Numbered from the stretch's first letter, positions 23,346 through 41,541 are shown. The stretch: DNA of 64,000 bases from Blastocystis sp. Blastoise (GCA_039096225.1 JBBPEB010000015.1:372001-436000); one strand, 5' to 3'. Numbers and translations: made by a program. Notes: a model not told the origin generated them from the letters alone.

Positions 23346-25714
23346 ATGATGCTGGTATATATTTGTTGTTCGTAATTTATTAATTCACTCTTATAGAAAT
23401 GTGCAAGCGCTGTTAAGGTTGTTCCTCAAGTATTTTAGTCCTATTCTTCCTATGTTCTTAATTAATTCACTTTTTCTTCTAGTTTGCTAAGGGAATGGCA
23501 ACCAAGCCTTTTGTATATCAAGATATCTTTGACCACGCTTTCCCTGATACAACCAAATATCGTAAGATTACTGGTGATTATGTATCTACTATCAACGTTG
23601 ATGGTAAAAAGATTCTTAAGATTGCTCCTGAAGGTTTAACGTATGCTTTTATTATTTTTTTATTATTTATATACTTGTTTTTATTTTTTATTATTTTTAT
23701 TATTTATTATTTTTTATTATTATTTATTTTTTTATTGTTTTTATTATTTGTTATTTATTATTTATTATTATTATTATTTATTATTATTTATTATTTATTA
23801 TTTATTATTTATTATTATTTATTATTATTTGCTATTATTTTTTATTATTTATTATTATTTATTATTATTTATTATTATTTATTATTATTTATTATTATTT
23901 ATTATTATTTATTATTATTTATTATTTTAACTATTTGCTATTTTATTTGTATGCAGAATCTATTTCATCTAATTATTTCATTTATATATATATACTTTAA
24001 TGTCTCAAACTGGTATGAGTGAAATTGCTCATTACTTAAGATCTTCTCATTTACAATTCCTTGCTAATATTCTTGAAGATCCTGAAGCTTCTGATAACGA
24101 TAAATTTGTTGCTACTAATCTTTTAAAGAACTCTGTTGTTGCTGCTGAAAAGAAACTTCCTACTTGTCAAGTATATATATACCTATTTTATATATTCATT
24201 AATATTATTAAAGTTATTGATATTATTAAAGTTATTGATATTTATAAAAGAAATAGATTAGTTTTATATGAATAGTGACTATTTATATATATATATATAT
24301 AGGATACTGGTACTGCCATTATTATGGGTAAGAAGGGTCAATATGTTTGGACTGATGAACAAGATGCTTGCCATCTCTCCAGAGGTGTTTACATGTTTCT
24401 ATTCTATATATATATTAAATATGACAATTATATATATTATTTCTTATATATCTATATTGTATCCTATTGTAATAATCTAATTCTTTATTTGTTTCTGTTT
24501 ACAATGCTTATACTCAATTAAATTTAAGATATTCTCAGAATGCTCCTCTTGATATGTATAAAGAAGTAAACACAGGTACTAATCTCCCTGCTCAAATTGA
24601 TTTATTCTCTATTCCTGGAAATGAATATAAATTCTTCTTTATGGCTAAGGGTGGCGGTAGTGCTAATAAGACTTATTTATTCCAAGAAACTAAAGCTTTA
24701 TTAAATCCTACTACTCTTCTTTCTTTCCTTGATAAGAAGATTAAGACCTTAGGTACTGCTGCTTGTCCTCCTTATCATTTAGCTATCTGTATTGGAGGTA
24801 CTTCTGCTGAAACTTGTCTTAAGACTGTTAAACTTGCTTCTGCTAGATATCTTGATGATATGTATACTTCAGGTAATGAATTTGGTCGTGGTTTCCGTGA
24901 TCTTGAATTAGAACAAACTGTTTTAGATATGACTCGTAAAATGGGTATTGGTGCTCAATTTGGTGGTAAGTATTTCTGTCATGATGTACGTGTCATCCGT
25001 TTACCTCGTCATGGTGCTTCTTGCCCTGTAGCTATTGGTGTTTCTTGCTCTGCTGATAGACAATGTGTTGGTAAGATAAATGAAGAAGGTATTTTCGTAG
25101 AAGAATTAGAACATAATCCTTCTAAGTTCGCTACTGGTATTAAACCTGATGATGAATCTAAAGTTGTTAAAGTAGATTTAAATCAACCTATGGATCAACT
25201 TCTTAAGATCTTTACTAAATATCCTGTTAAGACTCGTTTCAGTCTCAATGGTACTATTATTGTAGCTAGAGATATTGCTCATGCTAAGATTAAGGAACGT
25301 CTTGATAATGGTGAAGATGTACCTCAATATCTTAAGGATCATATAGTCTATTATGCTGGTCCTGCTAAGACTCCTGAAGGTTATGCTAGTGGTTCTTTTG
25401 GTCCTACTACTGCTGGAAGAATGGATCCTTATGTTGATTTATTCCAAGCTCATAGAGGTTCTATGATTTCTCTTGCTAAGGGTAATCGTTCTCAACAAGT
25501 TACTGATGCTTGTAAGAAACATGGTGGTTTCTATTTAGGCTCTATTGGTGGTCCCGCTGCTATTCTTGCTAAGGAATCCATTAAGAAGGTCGAATGTCTT
25601 GAATATCCTGAATTAGGTATGGAAGCTGTTTGGAAGATTCAAGTTGAAAACTTCCCTGCTGTTATGCTTGTTGATGATAAGGGTAATGATTTCTTCAAAG
25701 GACTCTTAAACTAA
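23346..25714 (+). CDS. Class I (Fe-S) fumarate hydratase with short N-terminal organellar presequence (6 exons)
   Basis: [54 protein letters not shown]; [20 protein letters not shown] leader from two mini-exons (23346-23354, 23397-23429). Confidence 0.95.
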
Positions 25715-26003
25715 AGAGTATTATTATTCTATAATACATCGAAACAACTTTTTTTATCAATGTATAAACAACGATGATTATTTTTTTACATTTTTCTTAT
25801 ATCTTGTTCTATAAGGATATAAAATATTATGATATTTTTTATAATTCTTATTCCACTTGTATTATATTTCTTAGATCCATTATTTAGTTAATTCATGTTT
25901 TGTTCTAATTATTAAAAACAAAATAATCAATTTATTGATGAAACCACTAGATATTTGATAAACAAATAATAAAAAACACATATAAATAACAATAGATTTT
26001 ATT

Positions 26004-29477
<3,474 letters not shown>

Positions 29478-30012
29478 GACTTCTTGTAGAGCTAAATATT
29501 AAAAAAATAAAAATGAACATCATTATATATTTTTTATTATACATAATTATAAGATTTACAAATTGTACTGAAGAATCTATATATTATAAATCAGTATTTC
29601 ACCTGAATTTATTCAAATAAAGCAACAAAAAACAATTTCCTTTTTCTTTTTCTCTTTTTAGACACATTCAGTATATATCTGATTAATTGACGATTCATAT
29701 TTTTACTCATAATTATTTTCTTGGGAAAATAATTCTGTTTTTTTCAACAACTTTTCTATTATTTCAGTCGACAATAATGAGTTCAGCTTATTTTAAGTCA
29801 GAAATACACAAAAATGTCTGTTAAGGATCATAACTCACACATTCTATTTGTTAAATCTAATGAGAAACCCAATCAAATAAACAATAATAGAGTTGAATAC
29901 TGAAAGTTTCTACAGATTCAAAAACCCTAAAGACAGTATATTGTCAGATACTTATCTTTAACACCATTTTGTTTATATATTGTAGACTGTATATTATTAT
30001 TCTGTGTTCACA

Positions 30013-31896
30013 ATGAGTGAAGAACACACAAAAACTGTTATCTCAAAAGAAACCCAACAACCAAATAAAGATGGAAAGAAAAAGAAAAATAAAAAAGCAA
30101 AGAAGGATGAAAAGAATAAAGTAATCCAAGACAACAAAATTTCAAGTTCGACAAATCCTACACAAAATGAGGAGTTAAAGAAAGTAAATCAAAAGAATGA
30201 TGATCTGGTGCATACTAAGTCTAAATCTATGAGTAAGAAAGTGAAGAAAGATGTGGATAACAATTCTACAAAAGAGTCTAAGTCCTCTTTCAAGAAGTCT
30301 CCTAAAGCATCACTTGTGAAGACTCCAAAGAAATCAAAAGAGTTAATAGTACCAGTTATTAAGAAATGTGAAGATCCTTTAGAAGCAAAAATAAATGAGA
30401 ATACTAGTATCAATGATATAGGTGTGTCTTCTGATAAGTCTAAGAACTGTACATCTGATTATTCAATACAAAAACCTGGTCACAAAAAAGAAAAGGAAAA
30501 TATGATTAATAATAATGATAAACATATTAATGAAAACGTTGATTCTTCGAATGATTCTATTTCTGAATTTGTATTGAATGAAAAACAAGATATTGTATAT
30601 ATATATATATATATATTCTTTTTAATTTTCTCACAAATTCTATTATATATTTATATTACTATTATACTATATACGTTCTTTAATAAATAAAAGACAAATA
30701 TTATTGTATTAGTTTACTATAAACTTAAATATTTATTAGTTGAATTCTTCAAAAGTATCTCCAGTTGTTTTATCTGTTCATTCTGATATTATAAATACAT
30801 ATTCACCATCTATTTCTCCATCACTTCAATCACGTTCATTATCTCCAAGTTTATCACCACGAAAAAAGATATTATATACAACAGATATGTTATTAAATCC
30901 AAGTTTATTTGTTTCTTCTCAACCCCAAATTATTCAAGAACAAACTACTATGGTACTTGATAAAAGTATAGATTCAAATGTACATATTACAGAGAGTACT
31001 TCTATATATAATACACGAAAGAAGTTACCTTCTGTTCACAACAATCAGGACGACATTCAATATGTCAAATTATCCATTCCAGAACTTCCGGATTTTGTTC
31101 CTTTTCCTGATTCATCAGAAATTAATAGTGTAAACACTTTGAATAATGAGAATAATACCAATAACTATATATATACAAAAACTCAATATATGAATTCAAT
31201 TTCTGATGTAAAACGAGCTTATCAAGAAATGATGTCTGTATATATTTATTATTATTATATATTTAGTATTATTAGTATTTTATTGTTATAACTTATATAT
31301 ATATATGTTTTGTTACTTATAGTATTATTACTTAGATTATTATAACTATATATTTAAATACTTATATATATTTCTATTTCTAGGCTATATATGAATATAA
31401 TAAATGTATTGATTCCTTTTATCAAAATAAATCTCATATCTTTTCATCTGATTCTCCTAATATTCATTATTCACAATCTCTCTCTCCTATGTCTTTTCAA
31501 TATGAAGAAACTCCTCTTTCTCCTTCTTCTACTGCACGTCGTACAAGATCTATATCTGTAGACAATATTATTAAACAAAAAGCATCTTCAATTACACATG
31601 ATATTTCTACTACTAATGATCATCAAGATACTACAACTACTTCTATTTTAAACAATCAAAACTATTCAAAAGAACAAGAATCATCGTCCGATGTTGATAC
31701 TATTCCAGATACAACCATATCAATCTCTTCTACTAACGGAGATAGTTCAAAGAAAACAAAACGAAAGAATAATGAAAATTTCAAATCCAAAAAGAATCAA
31801 AATTATATTCTTGGTTCTCTCTATAATCCACCTCCACCATCAAAAATTCCTATTCCCACTATGATTAAAACTATTTTACAAAAAGATATTCACTAA
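30013..31896 (+). CDS. Hypothetical low-complexity Lys/Ser-rich protein (3 exons)
   Basis: Three long ORFs joined in frame by two GT-AG introns; no recognisable domain. Confidence 0.7.
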
Positions 31897-32176
31897 AATA
31901 AAATATTGCTCATAATTGATAATACTTACCCTATTAGTTTTCTTCATAGTCAAAAATAATTGTTTATAAATATAAAAAAGTGTTTTTTAATTATTATTAT
32001 TAAAGAAATCATTAATTTTAAAAACAAAACAACAGTATTGTCATGCAAAAAAAATATTACATATAACAATTATAAAAGATAACAGAGTATTTATAAATAT
32101 ATTGACTGAACTATTTAGTATAGATAGTGTTTAAAAAAAACTTATAAGCCAATGCAAAAAAAAATCAAATGTTTAT

Positions 32177-35100
32177 TTAAACTTTAACAGTCTTAGTAGC
32201 AGCACTGTCACCCTTCTTACTAGCAGATCTAGCTTTAGAAGAGATCTTCTTATCAAGATTAGCATGTCCCTTATTCTTACGTGATTTAGTTCTATTAAGA
32301 ATACAAAGAACAACAACACCAAGAATAATAACAGCTAAAATACCAATAATAATCCAAGCATAAATAGGAAGACCAGGTTTTTCAGTAGAAGCAATATATA
32401 CTTCAGTAGATATAGAACCAGCAACGTTAGTACAAGTAATAACAAAAGTTTGAGATTCGAAGATATTTGAAGCTTTACCATAAATTCTAGCAGTCTTAGT
32501 ATCAAGATTAACTCCACTAGGTAAAGTAGCATCAGCAGAACAAGTATATTCAGCAGCAGAAACTTGAGCTTCATAAGAGAAATCATATCCTTTATAAATA
32601 TTCATCATCTTAGTACTATAACGAATTCTTTGAGGAGTCATAACAGAACAATGAGATTCTTCAGGACCTCTTACACCATTAGTACATTTAGCTTGTATTC
32701 TACCTTGATAATAAGCAGCACAATTCTTATAAGCAAAATCACCTTCTAAAGCACCACCCCATCCTTTAGTTACATCAGGTTGACAAGCACCACTAATTCT
32801 CTTAGCATATAAACCAAATTCAGCTAATTGAGAACCTTGACCAGTAGTACCAACGTCACATACAGTACCTTCAGAAGAAGTAGAAGTAGAAATAGCTCTA
32901 TTATTACAACCAGTAACCTTCATTCTATAAGAATTATAGACTTTATTATTAAAGAAATTGAAAGTAGCACTTTGTTTATATTCAGTAAATTGTTTATCAG
33001 TAACAATACTTAAAGTAGACCAATTGATACTATCATTAGAACCTTGAATTTCCCAATCAGAAGGATGTCTAGTATTACATTTAGGACCAGTAACAATAGT
33101 ATATGAAGAAATATATTCTCTTCTATCATTATTAAAAGTCCAAGTAGGAGTAGCACCAACACATCTACCTTCAGTAGAAACATATACAGAACCTAATACA
33201 TTATCAAAAGCATTAGCAATAGGATTAGAAGCAGCACCAGCTTCATCAGCTGGAAGATCAGAAGAAGCAACACCATCAATAACTCTATAACTATTATCAA
33301 CAGCAACTAATAAACTAGCATCAAATATAATAGTATTAGTAGTAGCTTTTTCATTTCTATGAACTTCAATAGCTAAAACATTATTACCATTAATCATATT
33401 ACCAAAAGAAATAGACATAGCAGAACCAACAAAAGAAGCTTCACTCTTTTCACTTAAAGCATAAGTATTATAGTTAATAGCACCAGTACCCATATTGAAT
33501 CTATATTGTTCTTGACCATTTATATAAACAACGATACCATGTCTTGTCTTAACATTAAAAGAAGCAGCAGCATAATTATCAAGAGAATCTATAGTAAAGG
33601 TTCTTCTGAAATATTGAGTAGTACCAACAGGAGTTTCAATAATATTATTAGGTAAAGCTTGTTTCCAGGCACTATCGACAAAAGTATTAGTATTCCAATT
33701 AGAAGCAGGAGCAGAACCAGCATTATAATATTTCCATTCAGAAGTAACAGGAGGAATAACAAAACCAATAGCAACAGGGAAAGACTTTTCAGATTCACCA
33801 CTACCAAGAGAACCACGAATAACTTCAGTATTATCTTCTAAAAGAATCTTAAAGTAACCAACATCCCAACCATCATTAGCACTATCAGTAACCTTTAAAG
33901 TATATACATCAGCATCTTCACAGAATGGGAAGTAATTATCTTGATTATTTGAAAAACCTTTTCTATAAATCATTTGAGTATTAGCTTTATTAAATAAATA
34001 GAATCCTTGTTCACCACCATATTGACCAGAATGAATTAAAACAGTAAAAAGAATCTTAGGAGCTTGACATAAATTAACAGAAAGATTAATACTAACAGCT
34101 TGTTGTTGTCCTTTCGGATCAATAGCACGAATAGTATAACGAGAAGAAGGAATAACAACATTAGGAGTACCACGAATAGAACCAGTAGATGTATCGATTT
34201 CTAAAGGAAGAGAAAGTGGAGGATTAATACCAAATTGACCCCATAAAGGACTACTAGGAGTAACTTCAGGGAAAGGAATACCTACATAAGCAGTGAAAGT
34301 ACTAGAAGAGAAAGAAAGTGGAGGAACTACAAGATTTACAAGATTAACTGATTGTAAAGTTAATTCAACTAAAGCAAATTTATAAGGATCAGCAGAAGGA
34401 ACAGCAGGTTCAGTAAATAAGAATTTATATTGATTCCAAACTTCAGCATTTTCAGGTAAATAGAAACATCTTTCTACTTTTCTATCAGAGAAATAAGCGT
34501 TAGTAACATTACCTAATAATGTCCAAGTCAAACCAGCATTATTACTACCATAAACAGCCCAATCAGAAGGATCATAAGCATAGTTAAGAGATGAAGAAGT
34601 TAAACAATATTTATTAACAAATTCAGCTCTATCAGCAGGATAAGAGAAGATAACAGTAGAAGAACCAAGAGCAGGAGGAGTAGAAGTCCAATTAGAAGTA
34701 TCTTTAAGATCTACAAGATAAGCTAAAGAAGAACTACTACTATAAGCATCAGGATCAGTAGCAACAATATCCCAGTTTCTACCAAAATAGTTTTCTCTTA
34801 CAAGTTTAACAGTAGCATCAAATAAAACAGTTGTAGGATTATTACCAGCTAAGTTGACAATACCAATAGCAATAACATTACTACCAGTTTGTAACATAGA
34901 AGAAGAAGCACCAATATTTTTATAAGTAGAAGTAGCATCACCTCCAGTAGCAGTAGTACCAGAAGTAATTTCACTAGAAGGAAGATTCTTTGAATAAATA
35001 GCAAAGCCATTAAGATAAATAGCATAACCAGCTCTAGCTTTAACTCTAATTTCTACAGAACTATAATCAGTAGTAGAAGCTACATTAAAAGAATGTCTAA

Positions 35101-37241
35101 AAAGCCATATAGTAGAAGTAGTAGCAGGAAGACTTGCCATAGGGAAAGTATTAAATCCAGCAGGAGCACTAATAGCACTATTCCATTGATTAGGAACAGT
35201 TCCTTGAATATAACTCCAAGCAGCAGATTTAGGAGGAACAGCATAACCGAGATCATAAGTAAATACATTTTGCTTATTTTTAATATTATAAATAGTACTA
35301 TGAACATAATAAGATCCATCAAAATCAAAATATTCAATTCTTAATTTAGCATCAGTAGTCCAACCATCACCAAAACTATCTAGAAGACTAACAGTAATAA
35401 CTTGAGTAGGAAGACAAAGAACATCAGTTCTATCAACATTATTAGTTAAAGCAGGAGAAGTAAATAAGACAGCACCAGAAGCAGAAGTAACTTTATAAGA
35501 TTCTTCTGTAGCCCAAGATTTATTGACTTTATATAAACGAATTTGAGCATGAGAGGGTTGAGCACATGTTTGTAAGGTTAAAGTAATAGTAGCAGTATCA
35601 ACTTGAGTAGTACCAAATTTAGTAGCACTTACAGTATGAGTTGTAGTGCCACCAACAGTTGAAATACCAGTAATAGCACCAGTAGCAGCACTAATAGTAA
35701 GACCAGCAGGTAATGCAGGAGTGACAGAATAATTAATATAACCATTAGAAGCAGGTAGTAAACTAACAGTATCAATATTAGCAAATCCAGTGAAACTAGT
35801 AGATTCATATTGTAATCCAGTAACAGCAGAATCATAAGTACAAATAAACATTTCAAAAAGACCAATAGCAAGTTTACCAACAATAGTACTTTCAGTAATT
35901 TCTAATTTAAAGGATTTATAAGGTTTATCTGAAGAACGAAGAGAGAAAGTCTTGACTTCCTTAACAGCACTGAAAAGAACATTTTCTTTAGCATCTAAGA
36001 AATCCCAAGTGTTACCATTATCATTAGAACCATATACTTTCCAAGCTTTAGGATAGCCATAAGAAGAAGAAGAAGGAGCAGTTATAGCATAAGAGTTAAC
36101 ATATTCAGAATGTCCATTATAAGTATAAGTAAAGGTAGCAGCATTTGCTGTAGTAATATAATAATAACTACTTGAAGAACCATCAAATACTTTAGTATAA
36201 TCATAACTACTACTTGCTCCAACAGGAGTACCAGCAGCAACACCATCATCAAATCTATTTCCAGAACATTGGCCATTAATAGTAGAACCATATAAAACAG
36301 CACCAAAATCGAAAACATCGGCTCCACCAGTAACTCCAGAAGCTTGATGAATTTCAACAGCAATAGTATAAGATCCTGATTGAGGTAACAAAAACTTATA
36401 GAAAGAAATTCTCTTAGAAGTAATAGTGGTATCGGTAGCAGAAATAGCAGTAGTTTGACCAGTTAAAGTACCAGAAGGTAATTTATTTCTATAAACTTCA
36501 GTTCCTTGTACATAGACAGCAGCACCTTCACCAGTCTTAAGAGAAAGCATGATGACACCAAAAGAATTACGAGAAGCAATATTAGCAGTATAACGGTAAT
36601 AACGAGTAGTAGCAGTAAAAGCAGGCATAGTAGCAGAAGCATGAGTAGACCAAGAATTATCAGAGAAAGTAGGAGCAGCCCAACCAGAACCAGATTGAGC
36701 AATATCAGAGTATTTCCAAGTACTACCAGGAGCAATATGAAGTTCAGCTAAAAAAAAAAGATCATACATAGAATTAAGAAAATATCTACAATTAATAGTA
36801 AAGAAACAAATATATACTATTAAATGTCTTGGTATCTAATTTATAAAGAGTACCAGAAGTATATTTAAGACCACCCTTAAATAATTCAAGACCATTAATA
36901 GTGACTGCAACATAAGCATCAGGCGCAGCAGAGCTACCCCAACCATCACCAAAACTATCAATCATCTCCATAGTATGTAAACCATTTTGAGAACAAATAT
37001 TCCAAGTCTTTACAGAATTACCATCTGTCGAAATACCTTTATATTCCAAGAGTTTAGTACCAGTAGTAGTATCACCTCTCCAGAGTATAATTGTTTCTTC
37101 ACTAGCAAAAGAAGTATACTTTCTCGTTACAACGAGTTCAATTTCTCCAGTTTCACAAGCAAAACCTAAAGATAGTTACTAAAATAAATATATAACCATA
37201 CTGAGAGCAAGAAGGCAAATAAATAACAATAAATTCTTCAT
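32177..37241 (-). CDS. Large type-I membrane/surface protein with repeated galactose-binding/F5-8-like and putative Ig-like domains (3 exons, about 1650 aa)
   Basis: Signal peptide MKNLLLFICLLALSFAC; three DSxxDGW motifs; three PxxWxxxGSN modules; LPAGLTISAATGAITG-type Ig motifs; C-terminal TM (WIIIGILAVIILGVVVLCIL) plus basic tail; introns 37166-37201 and one ending at 36748. Confidence 0.85.
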
Positions 37242-38630
37242 TTGTGAATATCTAAAACGAAAAATAAATATGTGAAAGGATTCACTTTTTCTTATGAAAT
37301 CTTTTCTCCAAAAAATAGAGATGTTAGGAGTTCCCTATAAAGAAGCTTATCATCTTCAGAGATTGACGAACACTTCGCCAAAAAAACGTCGTAATTAATT
37401 ATGGGAAACTTCTAAAAAATATGATCTTTTTAGTTAGAGAATCACATTTAGCCAATCAGAATCTTGACTGCGGCATTACCGACCGCTACCTACCCATGGC
37501 ATTACTCGACATGACAAACGTAATCGTCACTTTTCCCAATAGGAAAAAAAAGAATAATCAATGATTGCTACAGATTTGTCTTGATAATTATGGATAATCT
37601 GAGCAACTTCGTTTCTATGGTATTTGATTTCTATTTGATAATCTGGCTACGATCTTTTCTCCATAATGACACAGTCTCCCTCATTCTCTAAGATTGATTT
37701 TGCTATCTTTTGTCATCATAGAGAAGCAGAGACAAAAAGAAGTTTTGAGAATGTAGTTAAAGTGCTGTTTGGAGAATGGTGAATGAGACAGCATTCTCTA
37801 ATTTGTAGGAAAATATTTTTTTGCTCATTATCATAAGAAGAAGGTATTGCTAGCATTTCAAGAGTTATACACTTTAGGAATCAAACCAGAGATGACTCAT
37901 AATTTTAAATTGAGTGAGAAAATAACGGAATACAACTCGATGAGACATCTTGAAATGGTCTTTCTTTTTGTCTCATTTCATATTTTATTTTTCTGAGATC
38001 TAATGAAATGGTTATTTAACAAAAAACAAGAATGATTCATTTTTATTCTTGTATTTATTTTTTTCATTTTTGGCTTTGAAAAAATTATGTTGATGAATAA
38101 GCACTGTTTTTTTCGTGAGAGATATATGACTAGATCTAATTAAGAAACAAAAACTTTATTTTTATGAAAGTCGGTTGTTTGAATTGTCAATGATTTATCT
38201 AAAAAGTTATGACTCATGATATGTTTATATACCTATATGTATTATGAATTTTGATAATTCATTATAATGATTATCTTGTTGACGCAAACAACCACCATAA
38301 ACATAAATGCTAAAAACAAATTTAATTTAGCTAAATGTTATCGATGATTTTATGATAAAAGAAGTAGTCCTCAATGCTTGCTAATCGAGATTATGTTTAA
38401 TACAAAAAATGAAAACGATTATCAGTGACCAATTACTCTTTTTCACAAGAATATACGTTCAAATATTTAATTAAATTTGAATATTTCTATTTAAGAGCGA
38501 ATGAAATCATATGAATCAGGAATATGAAACAGATATAAAAAAAAACATTTTTCTAAAAAAGAAAGAATGAGAATGATTTATAGATTGAAGAAAGAAGATA
38601 ATATATTTGAATTTTTTGTTTCATTTCTTT

Positions 38631-39542
38631 TTAATCTAATTTAACCATTTTAACAATTTTGTTTGCAGCAAATCCAAAACCAGGGATAACAGTGACAAAG
38701 CTAATATTAAAATAATCATAATAGTACATAAATATTTAATAATAATAATAAGTAATTATTTATATACCTATGGAAGAATCTATTCACAAATTCTTCTTGA
38801 GGATCCATGAGTGACATGTCAGAATTCTTTTCATTCTTGGCATAAAGAGTAGATATTTGATAGCAGAGGCAAGTACCAGATAATAAAGTCAACGAGTTGC
38901 ATACAATAATAACAGCAATAAAGCCGATACATTTAGAAGAAGTTATAGATGGATCAGGTGGAGAGAAATAGGTAACTAAGAAAGAAATAAAGTCACAAAT
39001 ACAGGCTACGAAAGAAATAGAGGTTCCAATAGTCCAGGGAGTTAACTATATATCATAGAGTTACATACTATTATCAAAAAAAACACATTATTTAGATAAA
39101 GTGAAAAGAATATATAATCCAATAAATATATATATACACGATTATGAAAAAACCCTCCATAAGCCAAAGCCAGAGCCAAAATTCGTATGAAGCAAGCAAA
39201 AGTCAAAAGCTCTAAAAGAATACATAATGAGAAAAAGTAATATAGAATAACATAGTTTATAAATAAATATATTATAAATAATCGTAACAAAATATTTACT
39301 TGTAATAAAAGTATGTTCTAAGTTAGCATTAATCTAATTAAACTTATAAAGAGTACTAAAAATAAAATTACTGTTGGATAACTGGTATCAATAGAAAAAG
39401 TATGTTCCTTAACTATTTGAATACCTATACTTGTCATATATATGACAAGGAAGAGTATTTTTCTTGTAAGAGAAGGAGCCAAGATGTTTTCAACTTTGTC
39501 CAATGTATGATATTTATCTTCAGATTTTCCTTCAGAACTCAT
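38631..39542 (-). CDS. Hypothetical small multi-pass membrane protein (about 5 exons including an 18-nt micro-exon)
   Basis: Spliced frame MSSEGKSEDK...YPT|NILLLQ|LLTFACF...HNR|LTPWTIG...FH S FVTVIPGFG...LD*. Confidence 0.6.
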
Positions 39543-39985
39543 TATAAAAACTATTATCAATATATATGAAAAATTTAAAAAAAAAAGTGATTTGTTCACT
39601 AAATTGATTTTTTGTAAGGAAGTCAGTCAAAATAATAAATTAATAGTGAATATTATATTTTTAAATAGTAATTCACTTAATAATTTATATATATGATAGA
39701 TAGAAACTTTTTTCTATATATATAATAATAGAAATCATCTGAGTACTAAAACAAAGTTAATATCTTTTTTAATAAAATAATGAAATTATATTTTTAGAAA
39801 ATATAAATTATACACATAAGAAAAAGCAAATTAAGAGTGTATTATAAAAAGAGAGAAAAGAAAAAATAGAAAAAAAAATTAAAGAATAAGTATGAAATCT
39901 GAAATAAACTCTGAATGATAAATAATGAAATAATTGAATCCCTTAGTAAAGATTCAGGATTGTATAGTTCAAAGCGATGAGTGTT

Positions 39986-41541
39986 TTAAATATATTTCTG
40001 TTTTAATTCTGCAAAACGCTGAGTAGCTTCATATAATGTCCTAAATATTTGTATATAATTTTAAATTGTTATAATACATATATGTAGTAGAAATAAGTAT
40101 TTACTAGTATTTTAATAATTGACCTACTGATAATAAATATATATATATACCAGGTTAATGCAGAAGACATGGCTTTCTTTGATATTCTCATAAAAGACCC
40201 ATTAAAAATACCTCTTATTCCATCTTCTTTAAAGATTTCATAGCTTGTTTGCCAAATTGATTTATATGTTTTATTTATAGAATCTATATATGTATATATA
40301 TCTCAAATGAAATTAATATATATATAACATATAGGAAATATATAAAAATGAATAGAAATAATAATAATAAAAATCATAATAAAAATAAATAATATTCATA
40401 AACTAATTAAAATACAAATATACTTTGTAGTTGATGTCTTGTTTTAATAACATCAAAAGGATGTGTCACTGTTGATGCAAATGCTCCAGATATTATTCCT
40501 GCAGTTAAAGGAATGAGAGAAATAGGAATCGTGCAAATATCTATATAGAATAGAGGATATTAGATACTAATCCATATGTCCATTACTAGTTCAATAAATA
40601 AATAATAGCCTTAAAAAGATCTTATATAAACAATTCTATACTATCTGAGAAAGAATGGACTTTTGGCTTTATATAATGATAAGCCATTAGATATAAACCC
40701 GAAGCAGGAGCATCTCTTAACACTGTTGCCCATAAACCACTATATAACCCTTTAATGCCTTCTTGTCTAGCTGTAGTCATAAGAGCATCACAAAACCCCT
40801 TATATTTATAATTAGACCACTCCATTCTATAGAGAAATAGTAATATATTTTATACTTTGATTATATAAAAAAATTCTGTTTATTATATATAATATACTCA
40901 ATAAAACGACTTTATTAATAAATATAATATTATAAGTATACCTCGTCTTTGTAACCGTTACAGGAAGTAGTGCCACACTCACTAGTGAACGAGCACAAAA
41001 ACCTGCGCATAATGATGTCAGCGAGGAATGCTTGTTATGTTTTCCTTCTGTTTCATTCCCAAGGATAATATTTAGTAATGTAAAATAGAGTCCAATACCG
41101 ATACTTGAACGAACTAAACTTGCTGTCTATAGAAAATGAATAAAAATAATAAATAAATAATCGTAATTCATACAGTTCCATCCCATAGACCACGAATTCC
41201 TCTTTCTTTGTATACTTGCTTGAAAGCTTCACGACTACTGATTCGATGAAGCTCACGTTGAGTAACATCTTTGGCAATCAACGTAGCTTTGAATCCACCT
41301 TGTTGTCTGGTTTTTATTACATCAAATGGCTGAAGAATAATAGCTATGAATTATATAATCTTGATGAGAAAATATTGAAATACCTGTAACACATCCCGAG
41401 GAAGAAGCAGAAAAAAAATTATAAATTCGTTTTACAACTATTCAATATGATTGTTAAGATAAATATAATTATAGCATAACAAAATAAAATAAAATTAAAA
41501 ATACTCGAAGTGCTATCTTTATTTTTTTGTTTATTTTGCAT
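39986..41541 (-). CDS. SLC25A38: Mitochondrial carrier, SLC25A38/Hem25-like glycine transporter
   Basis: Three carrier motifs QPFDVIKTR, PVTVTKTR, HPFDVIKTR; RDAPASGLY; KKAMSSALTWTLYE. Confidence 0.85.

Noticed and set aside
23643-23930. Poly-I/L/Y/F ORFs here and at 28853-29299, 43240-43556, 59124-59375
   Set aside because: Translations of intronic microsatellites.
32335-36751. Many short overlapping ORFs within the surface-protein gene, and similar ones over RPS12/RPL27
   Set aside because: Shadow ORFs caused by strong codon bias in the real gene.
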